A DNA stretch of 64,000 nt. Origin: the human T2T-CHM13v2.0 reference genome, Homo sapiens. Positions 55,190 through 64,000 of this stretch are shown piece by piece (positions within the stretch are counted from its first letter, which is position 1; each line of letters starts with the position of its first letter). The DNA lies in assembly GCF_009914755.1 (NCBI RefSeq), contig NC_060926.1; one strand, written 5' to 3'. The notes under the pieces are model-generated. The model was not told the origin of the DNA. It worked only from the letters and a program-made list of their open reading frames with translations, and did not search any database. A program made the translations under genes and the position numbers.

Positions 55190-55900
55190 TTGTGGTAAGT
55201 TTTTAAGTCTCAAGTGTTACCCCCGAGACAATTGCCTTTCAGGGGAAGATGCTATGTCCAGAGGCACAGCATTTCAGCAAGAAAGAAAGCAAGGAGGGGG
55301 AGTTCTGGGCACAGGAAGGAGTGAGGACAAACACAATGATAAGGACTGTCTGTTACTTCAGGAAACTGAAGGTCTTCAGAATATTCAGGAAAAACTCGTT
55401 AAGTGGACAACTTCAGCTGAGAAATGGAGTTTGTGCGGGAGTAAGTTGGGGTGGGATATCGCAGGGCCTTGGTTGTCCACCTAAGCTCATTAGAATCAGA
55501 TTCTGCAAGGGACGGGGAGTCACTGAACACCGCTGGGCAGGAGATGGCTGTGACGAAGTCTTTGGCATTTGTGTGGAAACTGGAATGAAGAGGGAGAGGC
55601 TGGAGGCAGGTGATAGTGAGAGCTAACTTCCAGGAGACACCCTCCAGGGAGGGCTGCTGCAGTGTGGAAGGCTTGGTGACTGCTGGGAGGAGGGAATGGT
55701 GGGGAGGGGAAGTGAAGAGCGCTCCATTTCTGAGCCCGAAACGCAGATAATTATGGTGCCAACAACAAGAAGGAAAACGCAGAGGGGAGAGTTGGTTTGG
55801 GGACGATTCTGAGTTCTGTGTTAGACATGCTGCACGGGAGGGGACTGCTGACCTGGGGGCGGAGGAGGAGAAGGTCTGAGAGCTCCGGAACTCCAGGCCC
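55190..55900 (-). mobile_element. L2 fragment
   Basis: Purine-rich reverse L2 motifs (GAGAGGCTGGAGGCAGG...GCTGCTGCAGT; GAGTTCTGTGTTAGACATG). Confidence 0.5.
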
Positions 55901-56548
55901 TGCCGAGCACACTGGCCTCGACATCCGTGCCTCCGATCGCCTCTGCTTTCTCTGCGCATGGTCCCAAACTGAAAGGTCCCCATTTCAGTCTGTTTCCCAA
56001 GCACAATCTCCTCACCTCCACTCACGGACGTCCCTCACCCTCAGCTCCTGGCACCTTCGTCAGGTTTCATGAGCACCACAGGACTCTAGTTATAGACTTA
56101 GCCCAGGGAGGCCCAGAGACGTCACAAATGTGAAAGATTCTTTTCTTTTTGCAATATTCTTTCTGATTATAAAAATACACGTTTCTTTTAAGTAGCTCAA
56201 GCCCAGAAATTTATACACAAAAAGTCCAAGACCAAACTCCTGCACATGTAAACACGTAAACACGTGTAATCACGCATCCATACATGTGGAGACATGTAAA
56301 TACATATCTGTACAAACATAGCAATAAAAATGGAGAATGATCCAAATATCCAATAAAGTAAATAGATAAATTATAAATATTTATACAACAGAATACTATT
56401 CTGCAGTGGAAATTAGTGAATTATAATGCTATACATCAATAGGAATAAACCTCACAAATAGTGTTTAGTGACAGAAATAAGTCAAGGATAAATACTAACA
56501 ATATGATATTATTTATATGAGATCAAAACCAGATAAAGTTGTTCAAGA

Positions 56549-56842
56549 GGTGGGGCACGGTGGCTCACGCCTGTAATCTCAGCACTTTGGGAGGCCAAGG
56601 CAGGCGGATCACGAGGTCAGGAGTTCAAGACCAGCCTGACCAAAATGGTGAAACCCCGTCTCTACTAAAAATACAAAATTAGCCAGGCATGGTGGCGTGC
56701 GCCTGTAATCCCAGCTACTCAGGAGGCTGAGGCAGGAGAATCACTTGAGCCCGGGAGGCGGAGGTTGCAGTGAGCCGAGATGGTACCACTGCACTCCAGC
56801 CTGGGCTACAGAGCAAGACTCCATCTCAAAAAAAAAAAAAAA
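56549..56842 (+). mobile_element. Alu (AluSg-like) within an L1M 3' fragment (~56320-56900)
   Basis: Full dimer; TSD AAAGTTGTTCAAGA. Confidence 0.92.
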
Positions 56843-56902
56843 AGTTGTTCAAGAACGTACACATAACTGGTGAAATTATAAAGGTAAGTGAGGAAATGGT
56901 TG

Positions 56903-57255
56903 TGATACGGTTTGGCTGTGTCTCCACCCAAATCTCATCTTGAATTGTAGCTCCCTCCCATAATTCCCACGTGTTGTGGGAGGGACCCAGTGGGAAGTCA
57001 TTGAATCCTTGGGGCAGGTCTTTCCCGTGTTGTTCTTATCATAGAGACTAAGTCTCAGGAGATCTGCGAGTCCCTCTGCACACGCTGTCTTGCCCGCCAC
57101 CATGTAAGACGTAACTTTGCTCCTGATTCACCTTCCACCAAGATTGTGAGACCTCCTCAGCCATATGAAGCTGTGAGTCCATTAAACCTCTTTCCTTTAT
57201 AAATTACCCAGGCTCAGATATGTCTTCATTAGCAGCATGAGAACAGCCTAATACA
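56903..57255 (+). mobile_element. THE1B-like solo LTR
   Basis: TGATACGGTTTGGCTGTGTC...GAACAGCCTAATACA; TSD G(G/A)TTG. Confidence 0.85.
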
Positions 57256-57311
57256 GATTGTCACAAAGTCAAGGCAGTGGTGCTGTCTTTGGCACTTCCC
57301 AAAGAAAGCAC

Positions 57312-57616
57312 TTTTTTTTTTTGGGCGGGGGGGGACGGAGTCTTGCTCTGTTGCCAGGCTGGCTGGAGTACAGTGGTGCAATCTCGGCTCGCTGCAACCT
57401 CTGCCTCCTGGGCTCAAGTGATTCTACTTCCTCAGCCTCCTGAGTAGCTGGGACTACAGATGCATGCTGCCACGCCCAGCTAATTTTTGTATTTTTAGTA
57501 GAGACAGGGTTTCATCATGTTGGCCAGGCTGGTCTCGAACTCCTGACCCCAGGTGATCCACCCACCTCAGCCTCCCAAAGTGCTGGGATTACAGGCATGA
57601 GCCACCGCTCCTGGCC
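57312..57616 (-). mobile_element. Alu (AluSx-like)
   Basis: Reverse dimer; tail interrupted by a G run. Confidence 0.9.
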
Positions 57617-58138
57617 AATAATTTTGGTTTCTTAACCTTGCTCTGGTTACATGGATGCTGGCTTTATTATTGTAACATAATAAGAAAATATAGATTTGGT
57701 CCAGCATTTCCAATATGCGCGCTGTGGGTCATCTTTTGGTCCATGTTTCAGCCAATCACCAACCAGACTGTGAGAGGCTTTCCAGCTTGCTTAGCTACAG
57801 CATCAAATGCAGAAGCTCTGCCAGCCGGACTCACAACGAACTCAGCCTGCTCCGGCCTTCGGCTCCTCCCAGCATCATCTCACACTCTTGATGTCCATCC
57901 ACACCCATTTCCCAGGTTTCTTTCTGTATACACGAGAAAACGCAGGCATTCTTTGGGAGTGTGGCACACCTCCTCCTGGCTCCCACTGTGCCTGACCTTT
58001 AGGGACCTGCTAGCACCGGGGCCTAGTTCTAGGCCTAGAAGCAAAGGGAGTGGTGGGGGTGGGAATCCAGAAACCTCAGAACCCATTTGGGAAACTTATT
58101 TTTAAAGTCCTGTCCTTTAGCCACTCTAAAGTGAAGTC

Positions 58139-58583
58139 TGTATTAGTCAAAGTTCTTCAGAAAAGTCCCAGCGTCTGCAGCCAGCAAGCTGGGCCCCAGG
58201 GGAGCTGATGTGGAGTTCCAGCCGGACTCGAAGGCCTGAGAACCAGGACCGTCAGTGGTGTCCCCTCCAGTCTGAAAGCTGGCAGGCTCGAGACCCAAGA
58301 AGAGCCAATATTTTAATCCAAGTCCGAAGGCCAGAAAAACCAATGTCCCAGCTCAGCAGGCAGGAAGGAGTTCCCTCTTACTCAGTCTGTATGTTCTAGT
58401 CAGGTCTTCCATCGATTGGATGAGGCCCACCCCTGCAAAGGAAGGCAATCCGCTTCACTCGGTCCTCATTCCAATGTTAACTTCATTCAGAAACCCCTCA
58501 CAGACACACCCAGGATAACGTCTGAATCAATGTCTGGGCACCCCATGGCCCAGTCAAGCTGACGTGTAAAATCAACCACCACA
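58139..58583 (-). mobile_element. MLT2-type (ERVL) LTR
   Basis: TGTATTAGTC...CACAGACACACCCAGGATAA...CAGTCAAGCTGAC...AACCACCACA. Confidence 0.75.
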
Positions 58584-58668
58584 CCGAATTCCAGGCCATG
58601 CTTTATGTTCATGCTCACTACTGGTAAAGGAGGGGAAGGGGAGTAATGGCAGAAATCATTGAAAAGCT

Positions 58669-58960
58669 GGCCAGGCCCAGTAGCTCATGCTTATAATCCC
58701 AGCATTTTGGGAGGCCGAGGTGGAAGGATTGCTTAAGCCCAGAAGTTTGAGACCAGCCTGAGTAACAAAGTGAGACCTTGGTCTCGACAAAAATTTAAAA
58801 ATTAGCTGGGTGTGGTGGCATACACCTGTGGTCTCAGCTACTTGGGAGGGGCTGAGGCAGGACCCCGGGAGTACGAGGCTGCAGTGAGCTGTGATTGCAC
58901 AACCACACTCCAGCCTGGGTGACAGAGCGAGATCCTGCCTTAAAAAAAAAAAAAAAATAA
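58669..58960 (+). mobile_element. Alu (AluJ-like)
   Basis: Dimer with poly-A tail. Confidence 0.88.
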
Positions 58961-59622
58961 GGAATCTAAAAGTCACTTATAAAAGATGAGACTTTTGATT
59001 TTTTAAAAATTTTTGTGATAGTTATGTATGCTGTTCTAGAATTTCACAATACAATCAAGAAAGCCCCAAGGTAAGATGACACTATGAAGACTTCTCTGGA
59101 GGAGCTGTAAGGTGATCCTTGTTTTTCTAACCAACCAACTTTCTACTCTCTCCTTGCTATGATCTCCTCTCCTCTTGGTTCAGACTTATGTGAATTTTCT
59201 CCCTACCTCAAACCTATTAATTGATTTATTTTGTATTTCTGGAACATAATAGGGGTTATAAAATAATTTAAAGGAAAAAATACTAAGTACTTCTTTCCAC
59301 CTGTGCTTTAAACTTGACCCCTGGCTACAGAGAAGAACTTAAATAACTTGCCTTTGTTAAAATTATTTTTATTTAAAGAATGTATTTAAAAAAGCTAGGT
59401 GTCTTCTTATGACTATCTCTCCTGCTTTCTAAAAGGAATCCATTTAGAAATTAACAAATAGGTCATGCAGTACTGGTGCTTCGTCTCACAAAAGGCAGCT
59501 CTGCAGATTGGAAGCCTGTGGCCTCATGGAGGGGCCTCTCCAATGGCATGAGAGCCCAAAAATCTTTTCCTTCCTTCCCATCTCCTATTCTAGATTCCTT
59601 TCTATTCAGTTTTCTTTCTTCC

Positions 59623-59999
59623 TGATATGGTTTGGCTGTGTTCCCATGCAAATCTCATCTTGAATTGTAGTTCCCATAATCCCCACATGTTGTGGGAGGG
59701 ACCCAGTGGGAAACAATTGAATCATGGAAGTGGTTCCCCTATGCTGTTCTCATGATAGTGAGTGAGTTCTCACGGGATCTGTTAGTTTTATAAGGGGCTT
59801 TCCCCTTCACTGGGCACTCATTCTTCTCTTTCCTGCCGCCTTGTGAAGAAGGACATGTTTGCTTCCCCTTCTGTCATGATCATAAGTTTCCTGAGGCCTC
59901 CCCAGCCCTGCAGAACTGTGAGTCAATTAAACCTGTTTCCTTTATAAATTACCCAGTCTCTGCTATGTCCTTATAGCAGAGTGAGAATAGACTGATACA
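59623..59999 (+). mobile_element. THE1D/MSTA-like solo LTR
   Basis: TGATATGGTTTGGCTG...GACTGATACA; 5-bp TSD CTTCC at 59618-59622 and 60000-60004. Confidence 0.88.
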
Positions 60000-60499
60000 C
60001 TTCCATTTTTAAAGTGTGTGTATTTTCCTTGCAGGTGCCTGAGTACTGAGCTTTGCACTTTGGGGGATTAAAAACAATGGAAACATAAATCCTAAATGAA
60101 AGAATTTCAAAATTTCTGGCAAACAACACTTATGTAAAATTAGAAGCTAATACAAGAGGGCAGAGTATAATCAAGTGTGTGATTATGTGTTAGTGACTTT
60201 AATTGCAGCAGAATTTTTTTAAATAAGCAGGAAAATAGGATCAAAGTAGCCTGAAAAGGTCTCATGAGGCTGGGCTTGCAGGAAGCCAAGGATTTGGCTT
60301 GCTTGGGTGGAAGTCATTCTCGATTTGATGGGAAAGGGGGCTTGTAGAGGCTGCTCCCCTTCTCATTTGATGACATCAACTTTCTTCATCCTCTTTTCCT
60401 TTTTATCTCCATTCATCTTTGTGCTTCTCTCTCGGGCTTGCTGGGTATCTCGAGATTTATAGCACTGAGATGTTTGCCCATGACCGTGTTTTATGGATT

Positions 60500-60880
60500 A
60501 TGCTTTAGGTATAGCACGTGAAACTCCCCATGAAACCCAAGGTCATGTAGATTTTTTCTGATGTTTTCTTCTAGGCGTTTTACAGTTTTGCATTTTACAT
60601 GTAGATCTATGATTCTTTGAGTTAATTTTTGTGTAAGGTTTAAGATCTATAGGATCTCTTGGGGATGGGGGAGAACATATAGACATCCAATTGTTCTAGC
60701 ACCATTTATCCATATAAAGGATAGCTGAAAATACTATCCTTTATCCATCCATTTAATTGCTTTGTGCCTTTGTCAAAATGTATTTGGGGGTTGACATTTT
60801 GGGTCTTTGTTCTGTTCTATTGATCTGCGTGTCTACTTTTAAGGCAGTCCCACACCATCCGGGTTACTGTCATTTTATGT
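60500..60880 (-). mobile_element. L1M ORF2-region fragment
   Basis: TTGAGTTAATTTTTGTGTAAGG...ATCCAATTGTTCTAGCACCATTT...TTTGTCAAAA. Confidence 0.7.
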
Positions 60881-61317
60881 TCAGTTGAGCTCAGATAGGA
60901 TGACTGCCTTCTCACCCCAGCCACTCTCCTGTATTTGCCTATCTCCCTGTTTATGGGTTTATGAGGAAAATTTTTCTTCTTCTCCTTCATGTAAAATAAA
61001 GTTCATAAAATTTTCAATAATACTAAATAAAATAATATTTTAAATATTTTTAAACAGTTGTGTTGAGGTATGATGTACATGCCCCAAAACTGACTTGTTT
61101 TAATTGTATTACACTTAAAGTAGTTTTGGGTGTGGAAAGTGTTGCTTTCCTCTGACATCTATGCCCATGTATTCTGCCTCCCTCCCATTGCGATGGATTC
61201 CATTGTCTGTGTTCCTGGGCAATGCCAGCCCTCCACTTGGTCTTTTTGTTTAGTTGAATTATGCCTGCCTTTGTTTCAGAAAACACTAGCACACTTTCCT
61301 CATCTGTGAATGGATAT

Positions 61318-61876
61318 TGTGAGGGTTAATTTTATGTGTCAACTTGACTGGGCAAGGTATGCCCAGACAGTTGGTAAAACAGTATTTCTGGGTGTGTCTG
61401 TGAGAGTGTTTCCAGAAGAGGTCAGAGTTTTCATGAGCGGACTGAGTGAGGAAGATGCACGTTTGCCAGCGTGGGTGGGTATCACCTGATCCGCCGAGGC
61501 CCAAATAGGACAAAAAGGTGGAGGAAGGGTGAATTCTCTCCCTTCTTGAGCTGGGACTGTCATCATCTGCTGATCTGCTGCCCTTCGACCTCAGAACTCC
61601 TGGTTCTCAAGGCTTCAGACTCCAGGACTCACACACCAGCTTCCCCGCCCGCCGCATTTCCCTCACCTTCCATTTCTCAGGGCTTCAGACTTGGGCTGAG
61701 TGACATCACCAGCTTTCCTGGCTCTCCAGCTTGCAGACAGTAGATTGTGGGACCTCTCAGCTTCCATAATTACAAAAGCCAATTCTCATAATAAATCTCC
61801 TCTTAGGTATCTATCTGTCTGTCTGTCTGTCTATCTACATTTTATTGTTTCTCTGTCACTGGAGAACCTCAATACA
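61318..61876 (+). mobile_element. MLT2-type (ERVL) solo LTR
   Basis: TGTGAGGGTTAATTTTATGTGTCAACTTGACTGGG...CTGGAGAACCTCAATACA. Confidence 0.85.
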
Positions 61877-62000
61877 GCTACTAACAAGGTAGATTTTATG
61901 TAAAAAAATATAAAGCAGAACAGCTAAAATAGAATAAATCTTAATCTAACAATGTTTTCAATTATAGAAAATATTAAATTAATTATGATATTTAGAACAG

Positions 62001-62300
62001 TTTTTGGTTTTGTTTGGGACAGAGTCTTACTCTGTCACACAGGCTGGAGTGCAGTGATGTGATCACAGCTCACTGCAACTTCAAACTCCTGGTCTCAAGT
62101 GATCCTCCCACCTCAGCCTCCCAAGTAGCTGGGACTTCAGCTGTATGACACCATGTCCAGCTAATTTTATTTTTACTTTTTTGTAGAGGAAGGGTCTCAC
62201 TATATTGCCCAGGCTGGTCCCAAACTCCTGTGCTCAAGCCATACTCCCACCTTGACCTCCCAAAGTTCTGGAGTTACAGGCCTGAGCCACCCTCCCAACC
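62001..62300 (-). mobile_element. Alu (AluJ-like)
   Basis: Reverse dimer; degenerate TSD TAGA(A/G)CAGT. Confidence 0.88.
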
Positions 62301-63016
62301 TAGAGCAGTGTTTTTAATGACCAACTCCAAGGCTGAAAAAGAGTCAGTTGCCTTTCGCATATAATTTCTGGAATCATAATATTCTAATGCAGTTTGTAAC
62401 TAAATTTATACTATTCAAAAAATCTAAACAAAACAGAACCGATGAGTTTGAATTATATTTGAAATATCAAGAACTTTGTAACTTCCAATCGATAAAATCT
62501 TTAAAAGAAAATTAATCTTCTAAAAAAAAGAGGTTAAAAATAAACTAATTGGAAAATGTTAGAGAAGTACTTCCATAAACATGGGATACAAATTTCTGAC
62601 ATGCTATTTGTGATCATGTTAATTTGCTAACCCTAGGAACTGCTTATTAATGGAAATATTTTTGCTGAGACATCTGCAATGCAGCTTTGATGTCTTGTTA
62701 AACTATCAAAAATACAAGATGCAAATGCTGTATTCCCAAAGCAACTTAAAACTCTTCACAATACACACACATGGCATTTTAAATATTTTGTGATAAGAAT
62801 GAATTACCTGTGCTCTCAATTCAAAAATGTGTACTTTGAAATAACTTTAAGAGATCATCAATTCTTTTTTAATCATAGAATAGTTTCCCTATGAGAAATG
62901 CAAACTTTTTTTGGAAAATAGGTCAAGACACTGAGCATTTTTGACATCCTGGGACTCTTTAGAGAAAAGGATATTTTCTGAAAAATGGGTATAGTGCCAT
63001 TCCAGATATGCAGTTA

Positions 63017-63217
<201 letters not shown>

Positions 63218-63935
63218 AAGAAATGAGTTTAAGTGTCTAAAAAACAAGGAATATTAGCACCCAAGAAGTCTAATGACAAGAAGCTGTATTCTGCTAGCCA
63301 GAAGATGACCCAGAGGAAGAGATCAAATGCAGCCAAAAGTGGGATGAATGCAACCCTCCTGTGTATCATTTGTAATGATAGAAGCACTTCATGATTTCCT
63401 CATCGGCAAGCATGAGGGAGCTGGATGAAATGACTGCAGCATTTTCTTCTTACTCCACATGCCTGTGACTGTCTCTTTAACACCCCCTGGAGCCTGGAAA
63501 CTGAGTTCATCTACATTGCTGGAGAGGCAGAAGGCACAGCAGGAGATATATTAATTGGCTTTGGCATCTGGTGTGAGTTCAAATCCCTGTTCTAACATGT
63601 ACCAGCTGCGAAGCATTGGGGAAGGTTTTGAAGCCTTGTCTCCCTACAGATTCGGGAGCTGATATTTGCGAAGTGACTAACACGCAATAAGCACAGGGGA
63701 GGTAGAACCAGTTTTCAAAGGGATAATTCTTGTTCCTTCATCATTTGTATTTTTAAAAGATAAACTGAGACTGAAAAGTCAATGGCCATTTCATAAATAA
63801 CAGAGTCAGGCCCATAACGCAAGCCGTGTGACTCAGCTGTTCTTTCAACTTACAATTTATTAACCAAAGAACTCACCAATTCAGAGATGGGTTTGATCAA
63901 ATCAGCTACCTGACAATGGGAAATTTAAACGCACA

Positions 63936-63936
<1 letters not shown>

Positions 63937-63980
<44 letters not shown>
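63937..63980. repeat. (AC)22 microsatellite
   Basis: Direct read. Confidence 0.95.
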
Positions 63981-63982
<2 letters not shown>

Positions 63983-64000
63983 CACCAGTTTAAATCTATT

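Overview
Human (primate) genomic DNA containing the complete ID2 gene (inhibitor of DNA binding 2; HLH protein without a basic region; 134 aa) on the + strand at ~25.8-28.2 kb. ID2 has 2 coding exons and a 3'UTR-only third exon. It sits among four CpG-rich islands (~19.9-21.0, 21.9-23.3, 25.2-26.3 and 28.7-29.8 kb). These regions contain a recognisable BMP/SMAD + RFX enhancer about 3.1 kb upstream, E-boxes, CCAAT/TATA-like/Inr core elements and a strong CTCF-like motif. A divergent antisense lncRNA (ID2-AS1) is expected upstream on the - strand, and matching splice-donor and poly(A) signals are visible. The rest of the window is intergenic and dominated by Alu, L1, L2, MIR, MaLR/ERV solo LTRs, hAT/mariner DNA-transposon relics and simple repeats. 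No second protein-coding gene, CRISPR array or novel multi-gene system is supported. The most unusual things seen directly are: (i) a local ~215-bp templated inverted duplication at 33.6-35.1 kb, flanked by a 19-bp direct repeat and interrupted by a tail-less, TSD-less Alu; (ii) a MADE1 hairpin whose two arms carry matching deviations from consensus; (iii) an inverted pair of GGCGCC-containing 10-mers in ID2 intron 2; and (iv) an intron-1 read-through C-terminus analogous to ID1b/ID3L. Repeat subfamily names come from memory of consensus sequences and were not checked with RepeatMasker. Boundaries of old repeats are approximate.
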